From assembly GCF_963921235.1 (NCBI RefSeq), contig NC_086098.1, positions 5,270,001-5,334,000 on the forward strand: a stretch of DNA of 64,000 nt, read 5' to 3'. This document shows positions 23,195 to 36,983 of this stretch, one piece after another. Source of the stretch: Mobula hypostoma. Lineage: Eukaryota. A program made the translations under genes and the position numbers. Position 1 is the stretch's first letter, and each line of letters starts with the position of its first letter. The notes under the pieces were generated by a model. The model did no database searches. It had not been told where the DNA came from and saw nothing but the letters and a program-made list of their open reading frames with translations.

Positions 23195-25115
23195 GAACAT
23201 AAGAACATAAGAACATAAGAAATAGGAGCAGGAGTAGGCCATCTGGCCCATTGAACCTGTTCTGCCCATTCAATAAGATCATGGATAATTTGACCATGGA
23301 CTCATCTCCATCTACCTGCCTTTTCCCCATAACCCTTAATTCCCTTACTATGCAAAAATCTATCCAACTTTATCTTAAATATATTTACTGAGGGAGCCTC
23401 CACTACTTCATTGGGCAAAGAACTCCACAGATTCACCACCCTCTGGAAAAAACAGTTCTTTCTCACCTCCATCCTAGATCTACTCCCCCGAATGTTGAGG
23501 CTTTGTTCCCTAGTTCTAGTCTCAACTATCAGTGGAAACAACTTTCCTGCCCCTATCTTATATATCCCTTCCATAATTTAAAAGCTTCTATAAGTTCTCC
23601 TCTCATTCTTCTGAATTCCAGTGAGTACAAGTCCCAAGTGACTCAATTTCTCGTCATTGTCTAACCCCCTCAGCTCTGGAATCAACCTGGTGATGTCATG
23701 GTCTGGTCCATTAACTACACATTTCAGTTCATTTCCTTTTCCCCGTGTTCCACTGGGCTCCTTGATTAGGGCACCTGATCCTCATTCGAACCGGCAGCAT
23801 AAAAACTCTTGCTTTCATCTACTCACTGCCGGTTCGTCACCGTAGCCAGTGCGGCTTTGCTCGTCCCGCGGCAGCTGAAAATCGTGGACTCTAGTTGCTT
23901 CCGTGCCTGTGGCTGCTTAGTGAATTCAGTCGTTTTCGTATCCAGCTGAGTTGCCAGCCGTTTTGCCACTACTCCAAGCTAAGATGTGAATTCTGTTGTT
24001 TTCATGTTCGGCTGAGATTTGCTGGCCGATTGTAGCCACTCCGAACCACCAAGAATAAGGGACTGTCTTCCGAGCTGCCAAGAATAAGGGACCGTCTTCA
24101 TGAGCTTCTCCATGTCTAGATACAAATGGACTGTCATGGTTTGGTTTCTGTCATCTCGTTTCCAGCTGAGTATGTCTGGCCATTTGCTGCTACTCCGAGA
24201 TGGGAATTCTGTCTCTTCGTTTCCAGCTAAGTGATTGCCAGCTGTTTGCCACTTCATGAGCTATTGCACGTCAAGATTCATTTTGCCAGTCGTTGGTTGG
24301 TTTAGTCATCTCATTCCCAGCTGAGTAGGTCCAGCCATTTGCTGCTATTCCGAGTTGGGAATTCTGTCTCTTCGTGTCTAGCTGAGGATTGCTGGCCATT
24401 TGCCATTCCTCCAAACCAAGATATGGATCATCTGTCATTGTTTGGTGTTGTTGTCTCCATGTTCCAGGTCAAGGCTCCGAGTTGAGTCCCAGTCAAGGTT
24501 CCGAGTCCCAGTCCAAGTCAAGTTGCGAGTTCCAAGTCAAGTCCAAGTCCTGGTTCCGAGTTCCTAATCAAGTCCAAGTCTGTCTCCGTGCCTGTGTCCT
24601 GCACTTGGGTCCGCCTCCAGTCGCTCCAGCTGCCCAATTGTAACAGGTGAATCTCCTCTGAACTGCCTTCAAAGCCAGTATATCCTTCTTCAAGGAGATC
24701 AGAACTGCACGCTGTACTCCAGGTGAGGCCTTTACCAGTACCCTGTACAGTTGTAGCATAACCTCCCTGCTCTTAAATTCAATCCCTCTAGCAATGAAGG
24801 CCAACATTTCATTTGCCTTCTTGATAGCCTGCTGCACTTGCAAACCAACATTTTCCGATTCATGCACAAGCACTCCCAGGTCCCTCTGTACAGCAGCATA
24901 CTGCAATGTTTTACTAATTAAATAATAATCTGCTCTTTCATTTTCCTTTCCAAAGCAGATTACCTCGTATTTACCAACATTGTACTCCATCTGCCAGGCC
25001 CTTGCTCATTCACTTAACCTATCTATATATCTCTGTAGTCTCTCCATATCTTCTGCATAAATTGCTTTTCCACTCAATTTAGTGTCGTCAGCAAATTTAG
25101 ATCCACTACACTTGG
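23195..25115 (-). mobile_element. CR1 3' fragment interrupted by a solo LTR
   Basis: (CATAAGAA)n tail on plus strand. RT C-terminal motifs on both sides of the LTR. Confidence 0.85.
23694..24645. mobile_element. Solo LTR
   Basis: TGTCATGG...TGTAACA with 5-bp TSD GGTGA (23689-23693 and 24646-24650). Internal tandem sub-repeats. Confidence 0.88.
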
Positions 25116-25989
25116 TCCTCTCTTGAAAGAGTGTGCCATACTTTCCATGCAGGGAAATTGTGAGAATATTCTTCTTCCAATGTTTTGCTTAAATATTTCC
25201 AATTTTCCAATGCAAGTTGACAATACACTTGTTGCCTGGATTAAATTGAAATTCTCACCTGCAGTTTTACATTTTAGAATGTTCATTTTGTCATACAGAT
25301 TACCAGGTGTGTCACATCTCTACGTTGAACAAGTTTAATCTTATTTCCCAAGCTCTTGTTCAACTTTGAGGGAAAATTCAACCACAGCATCAAAAAGACG
25401 AAAGAAACATTTTAGGCAGCAGCACTTTGACAGCCAACACTAGTGTGAAGAGGCAAGCGATCAAACTCTTCATCGTTATCTTGGCATAACTGGCAAAATA
25501 TTCTGCTATTTAATGGATGAGCTTTAATTTTGTTGATAGCAGATATTACAAGAGGCATGCTTGAAAAAAGTCATTGGCTGAGCTTTTTGGCTGTGGGATG
25601 TTGATGATGAATTACACAATGGATTGCAAACAGAGTTGAAATTTCTCTTTTCAAAGATGTCACTAATCCAGCATGGCAACCTGTCATATATAGTACTCCA
25701 TCTGTTGCAAAATAAATCACGTTCCTAATCAGAATACTTTTATCTTGAATATATATTTTGAGCTCATTGTAGATTGATCCTCCATTGATTTTTTTTGTTT
25801 TTTTTTAACTTTTTGCAAAGGAGAATTTCTTCATAAAGTTCTCCATTTTTGATAAACTGTACCATGCCATTAGCAATGCCCCACTGTCTCGCACAGTTGA
25901 CTCATCCAGTTGTATCCCAAATTCTGCTTTTGTAGCTCTGTGTGTAGTTGATACTGTGTGTCTTCACTCACTTCATCAACACTGCGAGC

Positions 25990-27572
25990 TACAGAGACGT
26001 GGTTGCAGGGTGAAGAGGATTGGGAATTAAATATCCAAGGATATCAGGTAATACTGACGGATAGGCAGGAAGGATTGGAAGGCAGTGAATGTCACACCAC
26101 TGTTCAAAAGAGGATGTAGGCAAAAGGCCTATAGGCCAGTTCTGTAGTTGGGAAAATGCTTGAAGCTATCATTAAAGAAGAAATAGTGAGGCATCTGGAA
26201 AGAAATGGATCCATCAGGCAGATGCAGCATGGACTCAGCAAAGGCAGGTCCTGTTTTACAAACTTACTGGAGTTCCTTGAGGATATAACAAACTCAGTGG
26301 ATAGAAGGGAACAGATGGACATCATTTACTTGGGTTTCCAAAAGGCCTTTAATAAGGTTCTACATAAAAGACTTATCCATAAGATAAGGATACATAGAGT
26401 TGGTGGTGACATGTTTGCATGGATAGAGGATTGGTTAACTGATAGACAGCAGAGAGTTGGGATACATGAGTGTTACTCTGGTTGGTAATCAGTGGTGAGC
26501 GGTGTGCCACAGGGGTCAGTGCTGGGCCCGCAACTGTTCACAATTTACATTAACAATCTAGAAGAACAAATTTCATGTCACGTGCTGATGATAATAAATC
26601 TGATTCTGATTCCGATTCTTCTGAGGAGACCGAGTGTGGTGTATCTAAGTTTGCTGATGGCACTAAATTGAGTGGAAAAGCAAATTGTGCAGAAGGTATG
26701 AAGAGTCTGCAGAGAGATATAGATAGGTTAAGTGAGTGGGCAAGGCTCTGGCAGATGGAGCACCATGTAGGTAAATGTAGGTAAATGCGAGAAATGGAAG
26801 GAAAAATGAAAAAGCAGGTTATTATTTAAATGGTAAAAAATTGCAGCATGCTGTTGTGCAGAGGGACTTGGAGGTGCTTGTGCATGAATCACAAAAAGTT
26901 GGTTTGCAGGTGCAGCAGGCTATCAAGAAGGCAAATGGGATGTTGGCCTTCATTGCTAGAGGGATTGAATTCAAGAGCAGGGAGGTCATGCTGCAACTGC
27001 ACAGGGTACTGGTGAGGCCGCACCTGGAGTACTGTGTGCAGATCTGGTCTCCTTACTTGAGGAAGGACATACTGGCTTTGGGTGCGGTACAGAAGAGGTT
27101 CACCAGATTGATTCCGGGGTGGGGGGGGGTGGTGTTAGACTACGAGGACAGATTGAGGTACTTGGGACTGTACTCGCTGGAATTCAGAAGAATGGGAGGA
27201 AATCTTATAGAATCATATAAAATTATGAAAGAGATAGACAAGATAGAGGCAGGAACGTTGTTTCCACTGATAGGTGAGACTAGAACAAGGGGACATAGCC
27301 TCAAGATTCGGGGGAATAGATTTAGGACAGAGGTGAGGAGGAACTGCCTTTCCCAGAGAGTGGTGAATCTGTGGAATTCTCTGCCCAATGAAGCAGTGGA
27401 GGCTACCTCAGTAAATATATTTAAGACAAGGTTGGATGGATTTTTGCATAGTAGGAGAATTAATCTTTATGGGGAAAAGGCAGGTAGGTGGAGATGATCT
27501 TAATGAATGGTGGAGCAGGTTTCATGGCCAGATGACCTAATCCTGCTCCTATTTCTTATGTTCTCATGTTCT
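25990..27572 (+). mobile_element. CR1 LINE, internally deleted
   Basis: ORFs 26156-26488 and 26841-27497 with CR1 RT motifs. 3' tail TTTCTTATGTTC. Confidence 0.87.
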
Positions 27573-28753
27573 TATTACTCAGAGGAATTGAATTTAAACT
27601 ACAGAACACTGGTGAGCACTTCTGATAGAGCAGGTATTACTGTATTAATCTTTCACCAATTGTATGAGATATCATTTTGTAAATGTTATAAGAAGCAATG
27701 AGACTACAATCAAGGTCAGATTTAGATTTCTTGGCAAATTACTCGAGTTTGCAATTCTTCTCAAATGCTTCTTTCATCTTCTGGAACTGAGTAATACCAT
27801 AAAAAGCTTTATCAGGATGTGTTGTACAGAAGTGTTCCTGCAATCTTGATGGTTTCATGGCTTCATTAGAGAGTACAGTATTCCAATTCTGAATCTTACT
27901 CAAGATAGAGCTGGTGTTCGGCAAATTACTTTTATACTATTCCATTTAGTGCGATTGACCAATCACCTAAGGTCTCATTAACCCCAAGGTGGTTCTTGAC
28001 CGCACATTTGAAGCTGAGGTCACTTTGAATACCTCAAGAGGAATCCTCGGGGTCAGTAGGTTCACTGGTTGGCTCTATTTCACCGTTTGGTTCCGGCCAG
28101 TGCTGTATCATTGAGTGACCTGTTTTCTGTAGATCTGTAGAGAAAGTTGAGAGAGTGTACTTGACTTACCAACTGTTAAACTGCATGAACTCGTTCCATG
28201 CTGTGTGTCAAGGAGAAGTGTTGGGCACCCTGGCTGCTAATTTATGCATCCCCAATAATGTCGGCTTGGTTGGTAAACTTGGATGCGATTGCCGAGTTTC
28301 AGACATGTTGTGACAACAAGTGCTCACTGCCTGCAGAGCTATGGTTCTTCCTGTGTTCCAGTGCCAGCTCTGCTAACAATCAGTCAGGTCTCATGCCCCC
28401 CCCCCCCCCAGCAATTTCTATTTCTCCTAATGATCCCTTAGAACATGACCCATTGGGAATCACTGTTCTATATGTTATGAAATTTGTTGGATTGTGGTAG
28501 TAATATTGTGCAAACCATGGGAATTACCATAAGTTACAAAAATAAGTAAACAATAAATAATAAAGTTCAAAGTTCCAGTAAGTTTATTACCAAAGTACAT
28601 ATATGTCACCATATGCTACCCTGAGATTCATTTTCTTGTGAGCGTAAATAGAAACATAGAAACATAGAAACATAGAAAATAGGTGCAGGAGTAGGCCATT
28701 CGGCCCTTCGAGCCTGCACCGCCATTTATTATGATCATGGCTGATCATCCAAC

Positions 28754-31753
28754 TCAGAACCCAGCCTTCCCTCCATACCCCCTGACCCCTGTAGCCACAA
28801 GGGCCATATCTAACTTCCTTTTAAACATAGCTAATGAACTGGCCTCAACAGTTTGCTGTGGCAGAGAATTCCACAGATTCACCACTCTCTGTGTGAAGAA
28901 GTTTTTCCTAACCTCGGTCCTAAAAGGCTTCCCCTCTATCCTCAAACTGTGACCCCTCGTTCTAGACCTCCCCAACATCGGGAACAATCTTCCCGCATCT
29001 AGCCTGTCCAATCCCTTTAGGATCTTATACGTTTCAATCAGATCCCCCCTCAATCTTCTAGATTCCAACGAGTACAAGCCCAGTTCATCCAGTCTTTCTT
29101 CATATGAAAGACCTGCCATCCCAGGAATCAATCTGGTGAACCTTCTTTGTACTCCCTCTATGGCAAAGATGTCTTTCCTCAGATTAGGGGACCAAAACTG
29201 CACACAATACTCCAGGTGTGGTCTCACCAAGGCCTTGTACAACTGCAGTAGTACCTCCCTGCTCCTGTACTCGAATCCTCTCGCTGTAAATGCCAGCATA
29301 CCGTTCGCCTTTTTCACCGCCTGCTGTACCTGCATGCCCACTTTCAATGACTGGTGTATAATGACACCCAGGTCTCGTTGCACCTCCCCTTTTCCTAATC
29401 GGCCACCATTCAGATAATAATCTGTTTTCCTATTTTTGCCACCAAAGTGGATAACTTCACATTTATCCACATTAAATTGCATCTGCCATGAGTTTGCCCA
29501 CTCACCCAACCTATCCAAGTCACCCTGCATCCTCTTAGCATCCTCCTCACTGCTAACACTGCCACCCAGCTTTGTGTCATCCGCAAACTTGGAGATGCTG
29601 CATTTAATTCCCTCATCCAAGTCATTAATATATATTGTAAACAACTGGGGTCCCAGCACTGAGCCTTGCGGTACCCCACTAGTCACCGCCTGCCATTCTG
29701 AAAAGGTCCCGTTTATTCCCACTCTTTGCTTCCTGTCTGCTAACCAATTCTCCACCCACACCAATACCTTACCCCCAATACCGTGTGCTTTAAGTTTGCA
29801 CACTAATCTCCTATGTGGGACCTTGTCAAAAGCCTTTTGAAAATCCAAATATACCACATCCACTGGTTCTCCCCTATCCAATCTACTAGTTACATCCTCA
29901 AAAAATTCTATGAGATTCGTCAGACATGATTTTCCTTTCACAAATCCATGCTGACTTTGTCCGATCATTTCACCGCTTTCCAAATGTGCTGTTATCACAT
30001 CCTTGATAACTGACTCCAGCAGTTTCCCCACCACCGACGTTAGGCTAACCGGCCTATAATTCCCCGGTTTCTCTCTCCCTCCTTTTTTAAAAAGTGGGGT
30101 TACATTAGCCACCCTCCAATCCTCAGGAACTAGTCCAGAATCTAACGAGTTTTGAAAAATTATCACTAATGCATCCACTATTTCTTGGGCTACTTCCTTA
30201 AGCACTCTGGGATGCAGACCATCTGGCCCTGGGGATTTATCTGCCTTTAATCCCTTCAATTTACCTCACACCACTTCCCTACTAACATGTATTTCCCTCA
30301 GTTCCTCCATCTCACTGGACCCTCTGTCCCTTACTATTTCTGGAAGATTATTTATGTCCTCCTTAGTGAAGACAGAACCAAAGTAATTATTCAATTGGTC
30401 TGCCATGTCCTTGCTCCCCATAATCAATTCACCTGTTTCTGTTTGCAGGGGACCTACATTTGTCTTTATCAGTCTTTTCCTTTTTACATATCTATAAAAG
30501 CTTTTACAGTCCGTTTTTATGTTCTCTGCCAGTTTTCTCTCATAATCTTTTTTCCCCTTCCTAATTAAGCCCTTTGTCCTCCTCTGCTGAACTCTGAATT
30601 TCTCCCAGTCCTCAGGTGAGCCACTTTCTCTGGCTAATTTGTATGCTACTTCTTTGGAATTGATACTATCCCTAATTTCTCTTGTCAGCCACGGGTGCAC
30701 TACCTTCCTTGATTTATTCTTTTGCCAAACTGGGATGAACTATTGTTGTAGTTCATCCATGCAACCTTTAAATGCCTGCCATTGCATATCCACCGTCAAT
30801 CCTTGAAGTGTCATTTGCCAGTCTATCTTAGCTAATTCATGTCTCATACCTTCAAAGTTACCCCTGTTTAAGTTCAGAACCTTTGTTTCTGAATTAACTA
30901 CATCACTCTCCATGTTAATGAAGAATTCCACCATATTATGGTCACTCTTACCCAAGGGGCCTCTCACGACAAGATCGCTAATTAACCCTTCCTCATTGCT
31001 CAAAACCCAGTCCAGAATAGCCTGCTCTCTAGTCGGTTCCTCGACATGTTGGTTCAAAAAACCATCCCGCATACATTCCAAGAAATCCTCTTCCTCAGCA
31101 CCTTTACCAATTTGGTTCACCCAGTCTACATGTAGATTGAAGTCACCCATTATAACTGCTGTTCCTTTATTGCACACATTTCTAATTTCCTGTTTAATAC
31201 CATCTCCGACCTCACTACTACTGTTAGGTGGCCTGTACACAACTCCCACCAGCGTCTTCTGCCCCTTAGTGTTACGCAGCTCTACCCATATCGATTCCAC
31301 ATCTTCCCGGCTTATGTCCTTCCTTTCTATTGCGTTAATCTCTTTTTTAACCAGCAACGCCACCCCACCTCCCCTTCCTTCGTGTCTATCCCTCCTGAAT
31401 ATTGAATATCCCTGAACGTTGAGCTCCCATCCCTGGTCACCCTGGAGCCATGTCTCTGTGATCCCAACTATATCATAATCATTAATAACAATCTGCACTT
31501 TCAATTCATCCACCTTATTACGAATGCTCCTTGCATTGACACATAAAGCCTTCAGGCGCTCTTTTACAACTCTCTTAGCCCTTTTTAATGCTTGCCCTGG
31601 ATTTGTCGGCCTGCCACTTTTACTTTTCCCCTTTGTACTTTTTGCTTCTACGCTCACTTTACACCCCTCTGTCTCTCTGCACTGGTTCCCATCCCTCTGT
31701 TGTGAACTAACCTCCTCACACCTAGCCGCTTTAATTTGATTCCCACCCCCCAA
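28754..31753 (-). pseudogene. CR1 ORF2 (APE endonuclease plus reverse transcriptase) with two in-frame stops
   Basis: ORFs 30740..31753, 30266..30700 and 28754..30259 are in one frame. Motifs NARS, ITETW, GDFN, SDH, PQGSVLGP, FADD. Confidence 0.93.
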
Positions 31754-31758
31754 CCATT

Positions 31759-32555
31759 CTAGTTTAAAGTCACCTCAGTAGCCCCCGCTAATCTCCCTGC
31801 CAGGATATTGGTCCCCCTAGGATTTAAGTGTAACCCGTCCTTTTTGTACAGGTCACACCTGCGCCAAAAGAGGTCCCAATGATCCAAAAACTTGAATCCC
31901 TGCCCCCTGCTCCAATCCCTCAGCCACGCATTTATCCTCCACCTCATCGCATTCCTACTCTCACTGTCGCGTGGCACAGGCAGTAATCCCGAGATTACTA
32001 CCTTTGCGGTCCTTTTTCTCAACTCCCTTCCTAGCTCCCTATATTCTTCTTTCAGGACCTCATCCCTTTTCCTACCTATGTCATTGGTACCTATATGTAC
32101 CAGGACCTCTGGCTCTTCACCCTCCCACTTCAGGATATCTTGGACACGATCAGAAATATCCCGGACCCTGGCACCAGGGAGGCAAACTACCATCCGAGTC
32201 TCTGGACTGTGTCCACAGAATCGCCTATCTGACCCCCTTACTATCGAGTCCCCTATCACAACTGCCCTCCTCTTCCTTGCCCTACCCTTCTGAGCTACAG
32301 GGCCAGACTCTGTGCCGGAGGCAGGGCCACTGTCGCTTCCCCCGGGTAAGCTGTCCCCCCCAACAGTACTCAAACAGGAGTACCTGTTGTTAAGGGGCAC
32401 AGCCGCCGGGGTACTCCCCATCACCTTCCTTTTCCCCTTCCCCCTCCTAACCGTGACCCACTTGTCTGCCTCCCGTGGCCCCGGCGTGACCACCTGCCTT
32501 CCACTCCTCTCTATCACCTCCTCGCTCTCCCTGACCAGATGAAGGTCATCGAGCT
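31759..32555 (-). CDS. CR1 ORF1 C-terminal SGNH/GDSL esterase domain (N-terminus missing)
   Basis: VVIGDSIVR, LPGARV, HIGTND and DGLHLN blocks of the CR1 ORF1 esterase. Confidence 0.85.
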
Positions 32556-33861
32556 GCAAACATAAAAAGAAACATAATAGAATCAATGAAAGACTACACC
32601 CTACAGGACGGACAAACAACTAATTGCAAAAGACAAGAAATTGTGTAAATACAAAGTAATTTCAAAAATAATAAAATATAAGCAATAAATATCAAAAACA
32701 TGAGATGAAGAGTCCTTGAAAGTGAGTCCATAGGTTGTGGGAATAAATAAACAAATAAAAAAGCAGGTAGCTTAATAGATAAATCAGTAAATAAATAGTA
32801 CAAAAGAAGATTAGTCAGGCAGTGGTCATGAACTGTTCAGAAATCTGATCCGCATAATGTTCTGGCAGAGAAAGGAGGTGACTGGGAGAGTGATGCTTTG
32901 TATTTGCAAGGTGAATTCTCAGCAAAAGAACCTAAGATTGGAGTGGGCTGTTTCGTTCCTTGTAGTTATTCTGCCATTTAATGAGACCACAGCTAACCAC
33001 TGATATTGTTTCAATTCCAACCTTTTTATTCTAACGTCTTCCTCCTTCCTTCTCAGTCCTAACGAAGGATCTTGACCCAAAATGTTGCCTGTTTATTCCT
33101 CTCTATCAATGCTGCCTGACCTACTGAGTTCCTCCAGCATTTTATGTGATGTTGCTCTGGATTTCCAGCATCTGCAGAATCTAGTTCCAATTGTCTCCTT
33201 TTCTGTACAATGAATCAGTCAGTCAATCTGTTGAGTACAAATAGCAGCTGGGCTGGTTCGGTGCTTTTCTGCAGAAACATGTTCCAAACTTGTCCCACCT
33301 CTGCAACACAGAACTGCTAACTGTAAAGGATGGTAGATACTGGAATCTGGAGTAAAATAAAGTCTTTTTCCCTCTGCAGATGCTGCCTGACCTGCTGAGT
33401 CTCTCCAGCAGTTTGTCAGATACATTGGTATTTGATTTCCACCTTGCTTGGAAGCCAGGCATGAGTTAATCTGCACACTGCTGCCAGCCAGTGGTTCTCT
33501 GTAAACTACCAGCATAAATTAGACCAGTATTCTGGCTACCATAAGTCAGTAGGAGTAATGTATACATTCTTCAAAGCATTGTATTGGTATTGAGTCAAGA
33601 TTTAACATTCCAGAGTCAAGATTGTTTAATGCCATTTCCAGCACACAATTGTAAAGGAGAATGAAATAATTGTTGCTCCAGATCTGATGCAGCACAACTG
33701 CCCCCCCCCCACAATAATATCATTTGTCATTAGAGATACAGTGCAGAATAGGTCCCTTTGGAGAAGGAAAACTGTGATTTTAAACTGCCACTGCCTTGCG
33801 GCCATACCCACCACCAGGGAGTAAACCCTGAGGAAGAAATCCAGAGCTGGGGTCCCTGAGG

Positions 33862-35073
33862 CAGGGGTCCCCAACCTTTTTTGCACTGCAGACCGGTTTA
33901 GTATTGACAATATTCTTATGGACCTGCCGACCCGGGCGGCGGGGGGGGGGGGGGGGTAGGGTTGCCAACGGACAAGAGTAGTAGTCAAATACATTTGTGT
34001 TTACCCCGAGAAAGACTACAGTAACCATGAAGCCTTGCGCGGGCACCAGTGTGCATGCGTGTACGTGCCGATTTTTTCCTCTACAAATCGTTTTTGGCGA
34101 TTCTGTTTGGGGGGGGGAGGTGTTAATCACGACCGGAATATAGGTGATAAGTGGCTAATACACTCAATTTCGTTTCTAAAAGGGTTTATCTAACGAATTT
34201 AATATTAAACACACAGCGCATATTTTCCTCGCGTGAATATAGTGATAAGTCAATTATCAGGGGAGGACAGGGGAGCTTGAAGTAAGTGTTGAACGAACTT
34301 CCAGTAGAAGTGGTAGAGGCAGGTTCGATATTATCATTTAAAGAAAAATTGGATAGGTATATGGACAGGAAAGGAATGGAGGGTTATGGGTTCAGTGCAG
34401 GTCGGTGGGACCAGGTGAGAGTAAGAGTTCGGCACGGACTAGAAGGGCAGAGATGGCCTGTTTCCGTGGTGTAATTGTTATATGGTTATATAAGTCAAGA
34501 GCATCATAACATTTTAAGTAACATTTGGATATTAAACACACGGCACATATTTTCCCCGTATGAACATATAAAATCATTGCAACACACCAATATCGCTGAA
34601 TCAGTAGGAGCCCTGGGCTTGATTTCCTGCAACAAGACGGTGCCATCGAGGGGTGATGGGAGACAGCGATACTTGAAGTGGGTTCCTTATGTCCAGTCTA
34701 TTCCGCAGTTTAGTTTTCGTTGCATTCATTGCAGAAATACGTTGGAAATGGAAGCAACGTTTTCAGTGCTTTCGTGGCTACCTCAGAATACTTAGCCTTG
34801 ACTTTGATCCGGAATGCCGGCAGAGATGTTATGTCAAACATACTTTTCAGCCTGTCGTCATTTGAAAGCTCGAGGAATTGATCTTCTTCCCGCCCTAACA
34901 TGGATGACGTGCGGGTAATGACCTCGCATGTGTTCAAGCTCAACAGTGGGTGACAGGGAATGAGGAAAGATGCAGCTGACTCATATCGCCAAATCATATC
35001 ATTTCCTCGCGGCCTGGTAGCACATGCTTTGCGGCCCGGTACCGATCCACGGCCCGGTGGTTGGGGACCGCTG
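33862..35073 (-). mobile_element. Non-autonomous hAT Charlie-type transposon carrying a CR1 3' fragment
   Basis: TIRs CAGGGGTCCCCAACC / GGTTGGGGACCGCTG. TSD CCCTGAGG / CCCTAAGG. Transposase C-terminal remnant (ATKALKTLLPFPT) at ~34710-34900. Confidence 0.9.
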
Positions 35074-35271
35074 CCCTAAGGCAGTTGGATATTGTTTACA
35101 ACTTCACTCTGGCAACCTCTGTGACGACACTGGTGCCAAGCTGTATCAATACTTGCCCTTCCCTTGGACTACATCAGTGGCATGGAGAGGGGGAACCCTC
35201 TGCATGGGTAACGGCTGGTTCGCCAAATCTTCCCGCCCTGGCTTACGCCCTGGAGAGGACACAGTCATCAA

Positions 35272-36650
35272 ACGCTCTCCATATGACAAGCCATTTGAAG
35301 CTGGAATCATTTTCGTGAACCTCCTTTGAACCGTCTCCAATTTCAACACATTCTTTCTCAGATAAGGGGCCCAAACCTTGCACAATATTCCAAGTGAGGC
35401 CTCACTGGTGCTTTATAAAGTATTAACAGTACATCCTTGATTTTATATTCTAGTCCTCTTGAAATGAATGCCAGCATTGCATTTGCCTTCCTCATCACAG
35501 ACTCAACCTGCAAATTAACCTTTAGGGAATCCTGCACAATAACCTCCAAGTCCCTTTGCATCTCAGTTTTTTGTATTTTCTCTTCATTTAGAAGATAGTC
35601 AATGCTTTCATTTATTCTGCCAAAGTGTATGACCATACAGTTTCTGACACTGTATTCCATCTGACATTTCTTTGCCCATTCTCCTAATCTGTCTAAGTCC
35701 TTCTGTAGCTTCTCTACTTCCTCTAGTCTACTTGCCCCTCCACCTAACTTCATATCATTTGCAAACTTCTGGACCAGGATACTTATCTCCCTTCAGACCT
35801 TTCAGTTTCCCAAGAGCCTTCTCTCTAGTTATGGTGTCTTCACACACTTCATGCCTCCTGACACCTGGAACTTCCTCCATAATGCTAGTGTCTTCCACAG
35901 TAAAGGCCGATGCAAAATACATATTCAGTTCGTCCACTATTTCATTGTCCCCCATTTCTACCTTACAGCATTGTTTTCTTACAGTCGATATCGACCCTCG
36001 CCTCTCTTTTACTCTTTAGGTGTTTGAAGCAACTTTTGGTATCCTCTTTAATATTATTGCCTAGCATCGTTTTTTGTATTCCATCTTTACCTTCTTAATT
36101 ACTTGTTTAGTTGCCTTCTGTTGGTTTTTAAAAGTATCCCAATACTCTAACTTCACAACAATCTTTGCTCTCTATGGATTCTATGTTTGCTTTGATTTCT
36201 CTGGTTAGCCTCGGTTGTGTCATCTTTCCTTTATAATACTTCTTCCTCTTCGGGATGTACGTCTCCTGAGCCTTCCAAATTGCTTTCAGAAATTCCAGCC
36301 ATTGCAGTTCTGTTGTCATCCCTGCCAGTGTTCTTTTATAATCAATTTCCGGCTAACTCCTCTCTTATGCCTTTGTAATTCCCTTCACTCCGCTGTACTA
36401 CTGGTACATCAGACTTTAGCTTCTCCTTCTCAGATTTTAGGGTGAATTTGATCATTTTGCCCTCAGGCTTCTTTTACCTCAAGCTCTCTAATCAATTCTG
36501 GTTCATTGTACACCCAATCCAGAATAGCTGATCCCCTAGTGGGCTCAACAACGAGCTGCTCTGAAAAGCCATCACGTAGGCATTCCAGAAATTCTCCCTC
36601 CTGGAATCCAGCACCACCCTGATTTCCCCAATATTGAATTACCATTACAG
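35272..36650 (-). mobile_element. Old CR1 fragments (internally deleted)
   Basis: CR1 RT and endonuclease remnants in ORFs 35358-35753 and 36463-36681. Confidence 0.8.
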
Positions 36651-36900
36651 GTTCCTGCCCAACTTGTCTACTGTGCACCACTCCTTGAACTCATTTCTCC
36701 AGTTCAGTAAGAAATGGCAATGGACAAAGCAACGTGAGGTGGTATTCCAAAAGGTAAAGGAAATTATGTCGTCTGACATTGTACTCACACCATCCAATGA
36801 AATTTTCCTGTTGTGTCTCGCCTTATGGTCTAGGTGCAGTCATGTCACATGTTATGAACGATGGAAGTCTACACCTGCAGAGAAAAATTATGCACAGATT
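36650..36900 (+). mobile_element. Gypsy pol fragment (RT/RNase H junction)
   Basis: KKWQWTKQREVVFQKVKEIMSSDIVLT...YGLGAVMSH resembles the RT-RNase H connection. Confidence 0.6.
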
Positions 36901-36983
36901 TAGACCATAAGACCATAAGGTCTCGGAGCAGATATTAGGTTATTTGTCCAATCGTGTCTGCTCCGCTATTTCATCATGGCTGA

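Larger units (their letters stand above)
20238..28465 (-). mobile_element. hAT Buster/Charlie DNA transposon fragmented by nested retroelements
   Basis: TIRs CAGTGTTTCCC / GGGAATCACTG with near-TSD TTCTATAAT / TTCTATAT. Transposase remnants at ~22700-23190 (EIPDWVINLF), 25115-25980 and 27680-27900 (LSNEAMKPSRLQEH). Confidence 0.75.
28649..32557 (-). mobile_element. Young CR1 LINE (ORF1 esterase plus ORF2), 5'-truncated within ORF1
   Basis: (TTTCTATG)n tail. ORF2 has no frameshifts. ORF1 has SGNH motifs. Confidence 0.96.

Noticed and set aside
26575..26784. SD-repeat peptide ORF
   Set aside because: Short LINE-tail insertion (AATAAA plus TCTGAT repeats) within a CR1.
28130..28172. Minus-strand mini-intron inside the hAT
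   Set aside because: Donor and acceptor are only about 35 nt apart, too short for a typical vertebrate intron.
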